NCBI RefSeq assembly: GCF_964355755.1
Contig: NC_092672.1
Coordinates: forward strand, 11,284,001-11,348,000
Direction: 5' to 3'
DNA from: Antedon mediterranea
Lineage: Eukaryota > Animalia > Echinodermata
DNA length: 64,000 nt
Part shown: one piece after another, positions 47,401 to 61,979 of the stretch
How the letters are laid out: every line of letters begins with the position of its first letter
How positions within the stretch are numbered: the first letter of the stretch is position 1
Program-made: the position numbers and the translations under genes
Notes under the pieces: model-generated
What the model was told of the DNA's origin: nothing
Databases searched by the model: none
The model's input: the letters and a program-made list of their open reading frames with translations, nothing else

Positions 47401-49045
47401 CATTGTTGTAAAGGTTTTTATTTTGGTTAAACAATATTTAATATTACAATCTGGTAGGGTATACTCATTATCGCCACTAAAGGCTAAAACATCAACAAAA
47501 CTCTAAACTTTTAAATCCAAAGTTAAACATTTTAAATAAACATTTCTTCATTTGGACAGTATAATACATAGTTTCCATATTATTAATAGCACACTTTAAA
47601 TACAATTTAAGAAAAGATAAACTTGAGTGAATAAGATAGAATGCAACAAGTTACACATTTCAAATCAAGTGTTATTCACTGTACAATGTATTCATTTGGA
47701 CAATGCATTTTTAGCTATTATTAGCACACTTTAAACACAATAAGAACTGGAAAAATAAACTTTAATGCCAGCAACTTTTAAACCCATATTAGAAATTTCA
47801 AATCAAGTGTTATTTACTGTAAAATGTCTTCATTTGGACAATGCCTATTTTTACTTAGATACATTATTGGTACACTTTAAACACAATCTGGCAGATAGAA
47901 TGGAAAAAAACACAGAAGTGAATAATTTTGTGTTAAGATCATCTGTTTTTAAAACTAATATATAATTCAACAATTAGACAAGAAGAAATACATTAAAATG
48001 TTTCTTGTCTCAAAAGATTGGTGGTAGATTTTGGTCAACGTTAGTCACCAAAATCGTGTCACATCAACTCAACTTAAGTACATTACAAACAAGATTTACT
48101 TGCATATTTATATTAACATTATCTTAAGTCATGTTTTATGAAAATATTATATAGAAGAGAATGAAAATATCATCATAAGGTTAATTTTGACACCAGGGCA
48201 TCTGGCAAGTACCATGATTTAATCTATTTTATTAATACAAACTATACTACTGATGTCTTTTTTGCATATAATTATAACTAATAACTATAATATTTATTTA
48301 AAAACTTATATTAATTTATATAAAAGTGTATAAAAATGCAACCATAAAAAATATTTATTAATAATAGCACCAAAACCTATAAATATAATTTAAAATTTGC
48401 ACATTATACTATAGCAAATGTTTTTAAATATCAAGTCTGCATTATCAATTTTAAGTATATTAGGTTAAAAAATTACTTTTTATATAAAGTAAAATGTACA
48501 GTTAAAAGTACATTCCTCACTAACATAAGATCATCACAAATGAAATGCTGCCTACGTGCTAAAAAATAATAAAAGGGTACCATGATTTTTTTTTATGCGA
48601 GTGACAATGGATTAGCACAAATAAATTTATCTAGATAGATAGGCTTAAGATTTCATGTTAATCAAAAATATCTTAATAAACTTAACTTTTAAATTATGAT
48701 CCATAAATACTAAATGCTTTAATTATTATTATTCTTTTTAATCCTTACTATCACTACTTTTTTTTAGTGATCAATTGAGTAAAACATTTCTATTTCTAAC
48801 TGCTTTCATACATTTAATTTTCATATCAAATCTACCCATACATTTTCTGTACATTAACATTTGTGCGACTGAACCAAAATAGAAGTTTAAAAGTAAGACA
48901 TACAGGAAAAATCAAAATATTAATTGTGAAACTTGTACAGTACTTAGTTTGGTATTATTGTATATAAAAATAGGACATTTTACATTTTAATTTATATTGA
49001 AACATTATATACTGAATCAACTATTACAGTATACTGAAACATCTT

Positions 49046-52000
49046 CTATTCAATAAGGTTGTATCTTCTTACTAGTTTGAACTGTCCAGTAGGGTCAACA
49101 ACAAAGTATTTTTCCCAGGCTTGAGTGTGTTGTGAAGTGCGTCCCCATGGTTTGAAGTTGCCGCTCCAGTGAATCAACTTGGCTGCTTGAATAAATGATT
49201 GTGAATAACGGGTACCTGATGTTAGTCCTGCAAAATATGTACAAAATATTAAAGATGTATTGTCCCCAAATATTATATGAGTTATTTTTTTAATTCTAAC
49301 TAAATTATTGTTTTGCAATCTAAGCTATATATCGTGGGCCTAGAGTCAGAACTGTGTCCAAAACTGACGTTTTGAGAAAAAGAGGTTTCAAAGTTTAATT
49401 ATGTCTTACAAATCAAAAAATCTAGGCTAAACAATAATACTCAAGAATTATGTTACTAATACAGTACTCAGTCAAAGTTGATGTTTGGGCCTCATACTCG
49501 TTCTTCCCTTGGGTGGGCCAAAAATGGCAAAAAATCATCAAAAATGGACATAACCAGTTCTGGTCGAAAAAAAAAAAACCACAATGGACATAATCAAAGT
49601 CAGACATAGTACTTTTTTGGTTCATTTAAGTCACAAAAATTCAGAAGTGAGAAACAACTTGAAAATGATAATACGGAAGAGACAGCATGGACACCACCGC
49701 TGCATACAGGAATCCAATGTAAAAGATATGTCTATGTCCTAAACAAATTAAAAAAAATCATGCCAGAACTGACCATGTCCCAACATAGACAGTTCTGGCA
49801 TAAATCAAAATCATATATATGGACATAGACTTAATTTACTTTGTCTAACGCCCCCTATTTTGAAGGGAGTGGACCTAGTCACTTCTGGCAGAGAAAGTAT
49901 ATCATATCATATAACATAACTAATAGAGGGTCTAACTCATTTTTGCTGAAATTGAACATAGACAGTTTTGGCACTAAGCCCACGATATATTGTCTTTAAA
50001 AAAAAAAATATAAAAAAAACAATAGTAACAATAATTACCTAAATGTCTTATATGCCACATTGGGTCAATTTTTGAATATTTTTTGTACACAACAATCATC
50101 AAGGGTGGCGCTGTAGCTCCTCCTGCTCGTTGGTTTCCATAAACATTCTCACTATAAAAAAAACACATTACAAATTCAAATTTAAAACAATACAAACTTG
50201 TTTAAAGGTTTTTATGGCGAAAATAGTACACCATATTTCCAAAACGAAATAAAGTAATAGTTGAGAGTGTCTTAACATCACAATATAATAGAAATACCCA
50301 TATCAATAGGAAAAAATATTTTGTAAATTTGTTTAATTCAACCTTATTTCGACCAAAATCCAAATGTATACAAACAAAAAACAACAAAGTATCATTTGGT
50401 TGAGGGACAACATAAAGACTCAAATAAGTCTGTCACTGACGCCACTCCTCATGACACATAATAATTACATAACAACATTTAAAAATACAGATTCTTAAAA
50501 AAATGGTTTTCCTTTTAGTATTCCAATCAAGTGATTGAGGTCAAAGGTTACTTACTGTGCATTTAGTTTGATCCAGTAGTCAATTCTTGCAGTAATTCCT
50601 TGCTTTTTCCATTCATCAATGTCAACAACAAACACACCAGCATTGAATGAACACTCCAGTGGGTTCATTGTCATTGCCTTTACTTGTGGATGGTTAAAGT
50701 TAATATAGCTCCCATAATTTGTCTGTAAGAGAAGATAAACAATTGTTTAAAGACGTCATATACTTCTTTCAAAGACCTTTCAACAAATGTCCTTCAACAA
50801 ATTAATTTGGTTCTGAAATGTACCATAACACTATCTCAGAATTGTCAAATAAAAATAAATTACATACTCTTGCTCAATTCAAGTAATTTCTTATTGTTTT
50901 GAATGTATATAAATTCCATGATATCCTGAATTCGACCTCAAATATATTTGTATTTCAACAACCAAAGTTCATATTACTGTATCCAGTTAAGTTCTTATGT
51001 GTAGTGGCTTCCAAGTTCAATTTTGTTGTTTTCTAAACTTTTTTCAACTTTAATTAAAATTTTTTTCCTTATACCACTGAAATTATTACATAGCATGAGA
51101 TTGCAAGGCATTACCATTTTGTAAATTACAGTTAGCTCTCCCAATACTGGACACATTTGAGCTGGCCAAATATGTCTGGTTTTTTAAATGAGTTTTTAAA
51201 GATAAAAAGGAAATTTGTGACTGGAATAATAGACAATGGCCAACATTTGTGATATTTCACTAATTCAATTAAAATAAATGTTTACAGGTATTTCTCTTTC
51301 TCAATCATACAAGTAACTTATTAAGAGAACGAAATTATTATTTTAAATTGTATCAGTTGTGTCTCTTTTTGTTTTTTTGTATAGTTTTTGAATGATTTAC
51401 TGTAAATGATAACTTGTGTAAATAGTTTTATAGTAAGTAACAGCCTTGTGAAAAACAACAATCTAGTGCTTCAAGTGTTACATCCGTTTTGAAATAAAGT
51501 TGAATTATTATTATATTATTAATATATAAATTCCAGAAAGCAAAAGTTTGTGACAATATATAATTAATAATACGGTAGGTAATAATCTATCTTAACTTTT
51601 TTCTTCTTTTTAACTTACTTTGAAAAAGCCATATCGACTGGATGTGGCTGTGCAGTCATCTGACAGAGCCAATGCGTTTCCTGCTTCTATCTTTGTGTTG
51701 TTTAGCTCTCCAATATTCCCCTGTACTACTGTATCACTGTCAACAAATACTAAGCGACCTTTCACCTCAGGGATGATTTTTGGGAAATAAAACCTGGCAT
51801 AGTTTAGCTACAGAAAACAAGAAATAGATGCATAACACGTCAACATTTAATAAGTTGTCTTCGATACTATGTCTCCAATTGGATTTGAATAAATTAAAAA
51901 TATTTACTTTTTTGTGTGCCTCCTTAGAGGTTTGGATATATTTAAAGTTTTAATTATAAAGAAATTTTATTATGAATTATATACAATATGATAATATTGT

Positions 52001-55000
52001 ATCAAGTTTAATGTTTTTCTACAAATAGTTATAAATCTCTACTAAATGGTTTTAGTACAGCAGCATATATGCTATACATTGTAACAGATGTTACTACGAT
52101 AATTATTAATTGTAGACAATATACTGGTACCTGTAGAGAAATTCAAATGGTCTAGTAAAACATGAATTTTGATCTATGATATACTTATTTGCAGCATGGA
52201 CAATTTTATAATTTCTAATTTTCAGTAGCATGCAGAGAATCCAATTTAAATTGAAGTTAATTTACATTTTTTTATTTTAGTATTTTTATGTTTGTTAGAA
52301 GTTTATATTTAATTTTATGTACAGTATTTATGACAAATTTTGCTCCTTAAGTTTTACTGCATTATTGATGTGTACTGTTGGTGATACAAAAGTGAAAATC
52401 AATATAATTAAATAGGCGCCATTTTGAAATCCAACATGGCGACCAAAATAGGGTCAGTTAAAATTGGCCCTCAATTGCAATGAATTCTACTACAGTAGTC
52501 CCAGGTCCCATATCTAACAAGAACTGAATTTGAGTGCTAAAATCTCACAGAATTACAATAGACTCCCATTGTTTAGTGTTTTTAGTTAAGCTTACACTTC
52601 ATTACCATAAACTGTTGAAACTTACAGGTGATGTTTCTCGTAGGTCAGACCTAACATCCTTGGGGTGCATCTTTTCTCTCATAGCAGTGTCGTTAAAAGC
52701 AATAATTGTATAATCAATATCTTTTAGTATTGAATCTGTTATCCATTTGCTGAAATTTAAGAATATAGATAACTTTATTAATTTTCACAAAGTCCGTTTT
52801 TTTCTTTAAAACTGCTGTAAATATGTGCTTTTAAGTAAACTTTTAGACATAACTTCTCATCTGTTTTTGTAACACAACTACGTAAATTTGTGTCATTTGA
52901 GGACATGATATTAAATTTTAAACTTCACTACAAGATGCTGGACATTCTATAGAGCAATAAACACGTTTTCCTGCATACAGAAAAAAACAAATAAGGTATA
53001 GTGAAATATAAAAATCTGTTATATTTTCATCTTTTCGCCTTTTAATATTTACTATAACCTTTCATCCTTCGCCTCATGAAATTATTTGAACCATTTCACT
53101 CATAAACATTTATTATTTGTATAATAAATTGAATACTCACTTTACATGGTTGATAGAAGATTTATCAAGAACTATGTAGTACTTCACTGGAACTTTTGTA
53201 TTCATTCGTATACTATTGATAGTGGTAATCAAGCCGCCGATCGTATGATGATCTGAGCACAGGAGTACATTAACAGGAATGACTGACTTATCTTCCAGTT
53301 TTACAGGATGGGTTATTCGAAATCCATCGGGAATTTTCTTCAACTCTAATGATAAATGAAATTGTAACACATTTTTGATGATTTTACTGACACTAAAACA
53401 TCAATCAAAATTATAATTCAATATTTAACTGAAAGTTTATGATGTTTACCTTATAATTAAAATTGTCTGAATAAATTTTAGAGTGAAATGAATGAAACCC
53501 TAGAGATATTATAGTGAACTAGAGGGACTATTGTTATTCAGTACTTTAATAACAATTATTCCAATTTCCCCTTGATATTAATCACACAACACAATTAGCA
53601 ACTGATATTAGTTGCTAATTAGTTGCTAATTAGCAACTGATATTAGTTGCTTGATTTCATAATTATCAACAATTTGAAAGGATCACAATGGCCTCTATTA
53701 CACTTTGATTTAATAGAAGATAATTTTATTGGTGAAGATTTTGTTCACTATAATATATCAAATGAAAAATAATTAATGACCACTAAAATAATTGTTAGAA
53801 ATAAATTATTTTTAGGGCTTTTAATGTGTACCAATTGTTAATGCCTTGTCTAGTAATATTAAGCATTTGCCGTACACAATGGCATAGATACTAATTTCCT
53901 TAAAAAGGAAGTAGGTGAGGTTGAGCAATTTTATTTGATCAATATGAATGTACATAAAACTTTAAATATACCCATGTTCATCTGTTGATTGCAATTACAG
54001 CAAGTTCTATTCTTGAACATATAATATTAATTTATATTGTTATAAAGATCAATCAATTATAGCCAAGACCCTCACCTAACTTCCACCTAATAGCATTACT
54101 GTCTGTATATGTTTGTCTTCCGACTTTAATGTTTTAAAGCAGTTACAGTAATTTGAATAAGTACTGTAGTTGTTCTGTGTGTCATGTGCTTGTACCATTA
54201 ATATGTGTGGTTAAAGCTCAACTACTGTATATTGAGAATGTTATGTTTTTTCTCACCTTCACTGTTTATGTCCAAATCAGTGTGGATTGGTTCCGATGTA
54301 TAGTACACCATGATGTAACCCATTCCAATGAATGTGACCAAAGCAATTACTAAGTAAATAATAAAAAACTATAATAATAATAATAATATTTATTCGGTCA
54401 TCAATGTAAAAATAACCAGGAATGAGAATAGGCTAAAGCCCAAACAGATTCTGCACTCACTCACTTAACAAAAAAGTATGAAAAAACCAATTGCGTCAAA
54501 GGTTATATTATACGTGATTCAAACGATTTTTGCAATTTGAAAACATATTAACATTGAACAAAATAGTAGGGAGAATCCCGTAGTACTAGTAGGCACAAAA
54601 GAGGAAGCCCTCCCATAGTCACTTTAGTTGCACTACTAACTCGGCAATGCTAGCTCACCCTTAAAAATTAAAAGGGGAAACTCTGTCATAGTCATTCTAG
54701 TCGGACTACCTCACTCAGCACTTGGCAATGCCAGTTCACTATTTGTTAAACAGGATCATGCCTATTCTTTTGTGTTTGTTTTAGGCTAGCTGAGCCTAAT
54801 TTTACAGTGCAATTTCTTGTCTAATTAAAACATAACAAGTTTTATTCTTTAACATTTATAACATGTTATTCTTTTTGGTATATATGTGGGGATTAATCTA
54901 ATCATGTGATAATTAAATACTGCCCTCTATAGGTGTTACTGCCCCCTATAATTGTAACAGTCTTTTTCAAATGATTTGCTTTCTTTTGTATTCATGAACC

Positions 55001-56746
55001 GGTCAAGGAAGCAGATAGTTTTGTCTCTTATTTAATTAAAGATCTGATTAAAAGGACCATACTGATCTCTATTGTTATGCTAAAAACAAATTAAAACCAA
55101 ATACACCACCGGACCGTGGTAAAAGTGAGAAAAGGCGTGTTTTTCTTTTTGTGTTGTCGTCCACATCCTTACAATTTGGTGTCAGAAGTGGGATCGTGGA
55201 TCGTATTTGGCTTTAACATTAGAGATCAGTGATGGCAAGCAAGGCATCGTTGCGAGATGTGCAGAGGACGGTTGATGAGCTAAGAGCCGAACTAGAAGCA
55301 ACTAGGCGTGCTGCCCATGGGAATGGAAACACAGTATATGTTCTCCCAGAGAAGAAGATGAGACACTTTGTGGGAGCCGAAGGGGAATGTGTGGAGTCCT
55401 TTGTTGAAGACATCAAGGCAGCTATAAAAGTCAGAAAGTTTGAGGACAAACTCAGCTTAAACAGGGGAGTGTGGGGATTAATCTAATCATGTGATAATTA
55501 AATACTGCCCTCTATAGGTGTTACTGCCCCCTATAATTGTAACAGTCTTTTTCAAATGATTTGCTTTCTTTTGTATTCATGAACCGGTCAAGGAAGCAGA
55601 TAGTTTTGTCTCTTATTTAATTAAAGATCTGATTAAAAGGATTATACTGATCTCTATTGTTATGCTAAAAACAAATTAAAAACCAAATACACCACCGGAC
55701 CGTGGTAAAAGTGAGAAAAGGCGTGTTTTTCCTTTTGTGTTGTCGTCCACATCCTTACATATAGACCTATTTATCGCTATTTATTATCATAATACTGCAA
55801 AAACTCATTATTGCGCTGTTTTAAATTTTCTGAGTACATTAAATATTCGCTGTGGCTAAAGATACGGTACCGTGTACTAAAAGGTACGATAAAATTGCAT
55901 TACGTCATAATCAGCCAATGGGGTGCTGGTACGTGTGTGACGTCATCGTATAAGGACTTGGGATGTTTTTTCATATCGCGTCTGTACAGTAGAGAATGCC
56001 TATCGGCGGCGCCAGGCTGCATGAATGTGTGTGCGCTGATTAAGGCTTAATTTTGATTCGGCCTATTTAGGCCTATATTTTTTATTAAATTTTACAGATG
56101 GTGACCATAAACAACAAGCAAATGCGGACAATAAAGGGTCCCTCAAATACTACTATGATTTAGACAGTAGCCCTAAATGCTGTTGATCACCGTTTTCGCG
56201 ATATGAAAAAAAATCCAATTGTCAATGACGTCACACACGTACCAGCAATGCAATTTTACCGTACCTTTAACAAATGGAAGTTAGGATACGGTACCGTATC
56301 TTTAGCCACGGCGTTAAATATTTTGGTTCAGATTGTGCAAGAAAATCTTTGGGCACTTATTTTATTTCATATACAAATCTAGGCTAGCCTCTCTCTAGGC
56401 CTAGTAGTACTACTAGTAGAGTAGTACAGCAGTGAGAGTACTAGTTAGTAGTAGGCTAGGCTAGTAGCAGTAGCTCTAGGCTCAGAATAATAATATTAAT
56501 ATTATTAATAAGGTCTATCTGAGCATAGGCTAGGTAACTCAGGCCTACGCCGCCAAGTCTACCTACTACACCACACACTCACTCATCTCAACAGACTCAA
56601 TCAAAACAAAGATCAATATTATAATAATTAATTTGAGTTCTGTATCTGATCTGTATAACTGAATGTACAGACAGTGTTCTAAAATTAAGCACTTAATTTA
56701 TAAACAAATATAAATTCTTACGAGTCATTGGGTAGAATCGAGCCAT
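49046..56746 (-). CDS. GLT8D1: Glycosyltransferase family 8 domain-containing protein (GLT8D1/2-like, ~365 aa, type II membrane)
   Basis: Exons 56746-56722, 54349-54257, 53345-53141, 52749-52626, 51807-51619, 50722-50556, 50151-50039, 49227-49046 total 1098 nt in an open frame. There is an N-terminal TM (LIALVTFIGMGYIMVYY) followed by GGLITTINSI, LNYARFY, DSD (DxD), SDDC, CSFNAGVFV, PPLMIV..IDPMWHIRHLG and AAKLIHWSGNFKPW. Confidence 0.92.
54885..55759 (+). mobile_element. 875-bp miniature LTR retrotransposon (TRIM-like, internally deleted Gypsy) in GLT8D1 intron 1
   Basis: LTRs at 54885-55173 and 55470-55759 (TG..CA; 3 substitutions and 1 indel by eye) with a TATA TSD. PBS TGGTGTCAGAAGTGGGAT (tRNA-Leu type) at 55177, PPT AAACAGGGGAG, and a gag-like ORF fragment at 55231-55486. 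Confidence 0.93.
55851..56310. mobile_element. MITE with GTGGCTAAAGATACGGTACCGT terminal inverted repeats
   Basis: GTGGCTAAAGATACGGTACCGTA-like end at 55852 vs TACGGTACCGTATCTTTAGCCAC ending at 56309. Inner inverted arms are TGCTGGTACGTGTGTGACGTCAT. Confidence 0.8.
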
Positions 56747-57295
56747 AATGATGATTCAAAGTTACAAAAGTAGACCCAAACGTTTCCACGGTGTAAGTAT
56801 TCTACTAGTTCTGCATGCATTCTTCAACTGTTTACGTTGTAACTTTTCAGCTCATGGGCGCTGACATATTGAATGGAATGTTTCATTAACTATTTTAGGG
56901 TTATAACAAATCAGTGTATTTACGATTTATTAAAAAAAATATATAGATATTATTAAAATAGTAGTATTAATAATCCTTAATAGTATTAAAAGTAATTAAT
57001 GATATTTTTTCTAGTTTTTATAAGTTTTTTAACTATTTTTTAAAATAATAAAATAAATAAGTATTAAATCATTGACCTAAAATAGTAATGGACTATTCAG
57101 CCACGTATAAAATGTCTGTTCGTTGTACTTATATCTCCACTGTGGAAAACACAAATGTTGATGGCGGAAACTCACAGTTTCACATTAACTAATTGTGCAT
57201 TGTGCCGGTAGTAAAATTTAAGCAAGGTCAGGATCAAATTAGTAAATTATATGAAGACTAGACCCTTTTACTGTTACCTACAACAATATGTTATG

Positions 57296-57870
57296 TTATG
57301 TTGTTAACGTTTTCCGTCTTCCGACATTACGCTTTCCACAATTTGTTTCCATTTTTTTCTGTTTATGGCAGGATGGTTTTATTGTGTTAGTGTCTACTTG
57401 TCCTTGTAAGTCTTTCTTTATTTGATTCATCCAGTTATTTCTTGGTCTTCCTACGGGTCGTTTTACTTTCCTATTAGTTTCCTTCATTGTTTGTTTGATT
57501 GGGGTATCATCCGGTAATCTAATTATGTGTCCACACCATTATAGTCTCCTTCGTTTAATTTACTCCATTCTTCTTGTTTTGTTATCTCGTATATTTTCGT
57601 GTTACACACTCTATCTGTTAATTTAATATCTATCATCTTTCGCAACATTTTCCTGTGATATATATCTATACTCTCTTGTAATTTTTTGTTTAGTACCCAG
57701 AGTTCACTGTTATATAAGAAAATACTTGCTATGTATGCGTCAAACAAACGGGATTTCACGTCTATAGACATCGTTTTGTGTTCTAGCGACGACTTCAGCT
57801 TGTTATATGCCATAGCTGCTAGTGATTTTCTTCTTTTAATGTCTTTTTCTGTGTCCAAGTTACTACCGAG
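57296..57870 (-). mobile_element. 5'-truncated RTE-clade LINE 3' fragment
   Basis: ORFs 57523-57858 (EKDIKRR..KSRLFDAYIASIFLYNSELW) and 57296-57487 (KRPVGRPRNNWMNQIKKDL) are typical of the RTE C-terminus. Confidence 0.8.
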
Positions 57871-59238
57871 GTATCACACTTTGTGTGCACCCACAAAAGC
57901 TCACCAAGCATATAACTATTCCCGGGCACAATACATATTAGAAACAATAAAGTATTATCTCAATAATTATTATCAGAACATAATACAAGACCATTTATCA
58001 AATGTATTTTCTCATGGAACTTGTTTTTGACCCGTTAGTGGTGTAAAGCGATAGGCCTATATAGTGTCACATTGATTCTTGAAGATAAATGAACAACAAG
58101 CGGTATTACAATGTCTTATGTCTACTTTCATTTGTAAACTAGACGTAGTAGGTATAAAAATATATCAAATTACACACATGATTTCTCTTACTTTATAGCT
58201 CTGTATAAAACTTAATGCCGGTTTTGATAGAAAATAATAATATCATAATTCTAGCACAGTGCCCTCTAGAGGGAGAAGTAATCACGTAACGTCACAAAAT
58301 ACTCAATTATAATACAGTATTAGAATATACCAATAACAGAATATATGTTATTTGAAAAGGGGTTTAATTGAGATGTGGGTGATGTATGGGAGCCATGATC
58401 ACCTGAAATAAAATTACGCCATGCAATTACAGTAATTTAAAACATTATTATATAACTGTAAAGCTTTAAAAAGTGTTGTAGTCGGTGTTTGCGTTAGATA
58501 GAAAGGACCCGAGTTCCGTGTTCCATATAGCTCCTCAGCAACCGCAAAACAAATGCGATTTTCTTTCATCTTGAAAAATTTACTATTTAAACTACATATA
58601 GGACTGTCTGAAAAAGTATGTGAAATACATTTTTTTTAATGAATACATTTTTAAAAGTATATAGGCCTATTCATATTTGATCGCATATTTTTCGTTAAGG
58701 ATGTTGTTCAACTTGCTATGCCTTATCTAAATGGTTTACACATAATTTACTTTTCATTAAGCCATTTTCTGAACATTATAATTAAAATGTTTAATCATTA
58801 TTTATACAAAAATTAATCCTTACCTTACGCAAATTCAGTATAATCATGGAGTAAGCTTTACTCCATGGTATAATCCTCAAATGCATTAAAAAAATAAAGT
58901 AGACCTAACTAATTAAGGTGGTCAGATACTTTGTCTATTTTTGTGGTTAAAAAAGTTTATTTATGCAAATTACAAGATCACGACTTCACTTGTTTTCCTA
59001 TTATTAATTTTCACTTGTTTTCCTATTTATTATTAATTTTCACTCAGTACGCCTGGCATAAACAACATGTATAGCGCCACCTATTGACAACACAAAATAA
59101 AACTCAGTGAAAGCAACCAACCGAGATGGAAGTCGTCTGCTACTCCCAGCCAATCAATCTATTTCAGTTCGGACAGAGAAAATACATTGAAGTGCCGTAC
59201 TAACTTACGTCCCAGTTGGGATTCCGTGCGTAGTTGCG

Positions 59239-59323
59239 ATGGCGGCCTTCTCAAGATTGGGATTTGCTATACTTTTTTGGATAATATTTGTGTTTTCATG
59301 CCCTAGGACATTTTGTAAAGAAG
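59239..59323 (+). CDS. Probable first coding exon (signal peptide) of a gene continuing beyond the window, divergent from GLT8D1
   Basis: GCGATGGCG start, MAAFSRLGFAILFWIIFVFSCPRTFCKE, then an AAG|GTATGT donor. Upstream are a CCAAT (59150) and relatively GC-richer sequence. Downstream exons were not identified. Confidence 0.6.
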
Positions 59324-60915
59324 GTATGTATTTTAGCGCTACAGTTTGGTGAACTTTTTTGTTTGGTTAGTAGTGGATACTCAGTCGTGGTTAGGGCATA
59401 TAAGGTCCCACTCATGGGGTAAAACTTGCGTAAAACTTTTCATCATTCAGGTTGTACACACAGGTTTAGGACCAGTCTGCTCTTGTACTTACATTCTCCA
59501 CCAAATGTTAAATAATATTATATATTAGTATATTAGTTCTCTTATTTTAGTTCAAGTGATGTTCCCTAATACTAATTAGGAATACTAATAAAAAAAAAGT
59601 CATTAAAAAAAACATCTTCAACTTCACTGCAAAAAAACCCACAAAAAGTATGTGGGTGTGGACGGTGCCTAGCTAGGCTCTGTTCTAAAACATGACCTAT
59701 AAGAAATAGAATGGAATAAAAGAATCAGAATTTTATGATTCTGATTAATTTGTTTTGTCAAAAACGGAATTAAAATGTATCCTTGTTAGCTCCTCTGTCA
59801 TCAGTAAAGCCAACACTTGGTATTAAAAATCCTAGCAAAATATAGGCCAACTTAATTAACTGAATTTACATAGATATATTTGTTATTGAATACTTATATC
59901 ACAATCATGACATTTTTAGAATGAAAAGATATGTTTCCTTAAGATGCACTTGAATCTTCAACCCAATTTAATGCAAAAAATTTTGCATATAGGCTAAAAT
60001 AAGTAACAAAATATGATATGGTTCCCACAATAAAATCTGTTTTACCTATTATTGTGTTTTTTAAATGAAGTGTCTTTGTTTCTTTTAAATATATATTTCT
60101 TTATGTAAATTTGTAATCCATTGTACACAATACAGAAATTTAGAAATTGCTACCAAGTATATTTTAAAAGCATCATTATTCTAATGGTTTTTAGTGTTAA
60201 TTTATCTCTAATATAGTTCTGTTTATGATCCAAATACCATCTTTCAAGTGGAGCTAATGATAAAACAGCTATGTTTATCGACAAACTTCCAGTCTCCCAA
60301 TTTAATTGGACTAAGAACCCTTTTTTAAAGACTTCCTATACATTATAAGAGCACTAAATTGCAATATATTTATATAAACCACTATTCTTATCTTTCAATT
60401 CAGTTGTTATCATTTTACATGTGTAGGTGTTTACTGTTCGCTTACTGCAGTAAATTACAATATCCCAACTAAATTTTTAGGAAAACAGATAAATGCTATA
60501 AAGGTCTATAGAGTTGTGATAAGTTGAAGAATATGATTTATTATGCCTATTGTAGTTTGAAGTATTTATAAATGTTTGTGATAACATAGGTGTTATCAAG
60601 GCCAGATGGAATGTTTAACTGGAGTGATAAATTAATTACACCAAGGAAGAATGAAGTGATAAATTAATTACACCAAGGAAACATACCAAGCACATTGCAA
60701 CAATTTATATACAATTCTTATTATTATTCTATTATATATTATTATTTTTATTATAATTAACAAAATCATAATAAGTAGGTTAGCGTCAGGGAGGTAAAGT
60801 TATTGATTAGATTTTGTTCCTAGGACCAGGGAGTTGTAAAGGACTCTGTTGTAATTGTATGCTCAGTAGCTGGCCTACACTCAGAATTCGTTTCAAATTT
60901 GTAAAGTGTTTTTAA

Positions 60916-61979
60916 CACTTTGACTGCCAGAGGTTTTTCCAGTTAGAAACTGCCACCGCCAGCGTTTATAGCGCAATTCGATGTTTTTATTAAAGCTGAT
61001 TGAAACTATGTATGTGATCTGATTTACATGTAATTTAGACTAAAATAATCATAAAGATTTTAGCTTTACAATGGTACCAAGAAAGATTTTCAAATCGCAA
61101 TATGTAAATCGTAATAGTAAAATGAAAATAACCCACTTTTTTAGTTTTTCGTAGTTTCGCGCAAGAAAGTCGAGATATTCGCGATTTTGTGCAAGACATC
61201 GCAATATGAAAATATCGCCCGGTGAGATCATCAACAAACAACGAAAAAGTTACTTACACGGCACCGGTAGGCCTATAAAAACAAGTTACCACTATCGAAA
61301 AATGTATTACATTTTATAAATCATAAATCTTACATCAATGTTTCGCCAAAATCCACATAGTAAAGACACCAGGCCTAGTTAACTAGGCCTAAAGATGGTC
61401 CGGAACCGTTTTACAACTAGGCCTAGGCTATAGCCTAGTACTGTACTACTAGCCTAGCCTAGCTAGTAAACTGATGATAATATTCATACCATTTCTAAAC
61501 AAGTTTGTTGCGTGAAACTCGGTCACTTACAGTGAAACACCAAAACAATTAGTGTATACATACAACAATAATAAAATTAAAGACTTCATATTGAAAATTC
61601 ATCCATTATTTTTTATTCAGATAACAAATAAACGTAACATGCCAATCCACATAAACCTTTGTAATGCTTCGGCGGCATAGCTAGTGCGCGACCGATACAC
61701 AATGCGCCAAACCATCGCTGTACGCGCTACTGTGATGCGCGGTGTATGTTATTTCGACAGGTACCATTTTGACAATCGTTCGTAACCAGATTAGTTACTT
61801 TCAAAAAGTAAAATATTCACGGTCCAGACCGAATATAGTGTCCATATTTATAGTATATACCAATAATTAACCTATCTACCGGATTTCGTAAAAAAACGCG
61901 AAAAACGAAGATCTTCGTGTTTGGCAGTCAAGCGTTGTGTTTCCAAAAACGAAGATCTTCGTGTTTGGCAGTCAAAGTG
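60916..61979. mobile_element. piggyBac-like non-autonomous element
   Basis: TTAA|CACTTTGACTGCCA ... TGGCAGTCAAAGTG|TTAA, with a duplicated 31-bp subterminal block at 61901 and 61945. Confidence 0.85.

Noticed and set aside
60195-60350. Candidate second exon of the 59239 gene
   Set aside because: The phase-1 continuations from the nearby acceptors hit stop codons, and no suitable donor was found.
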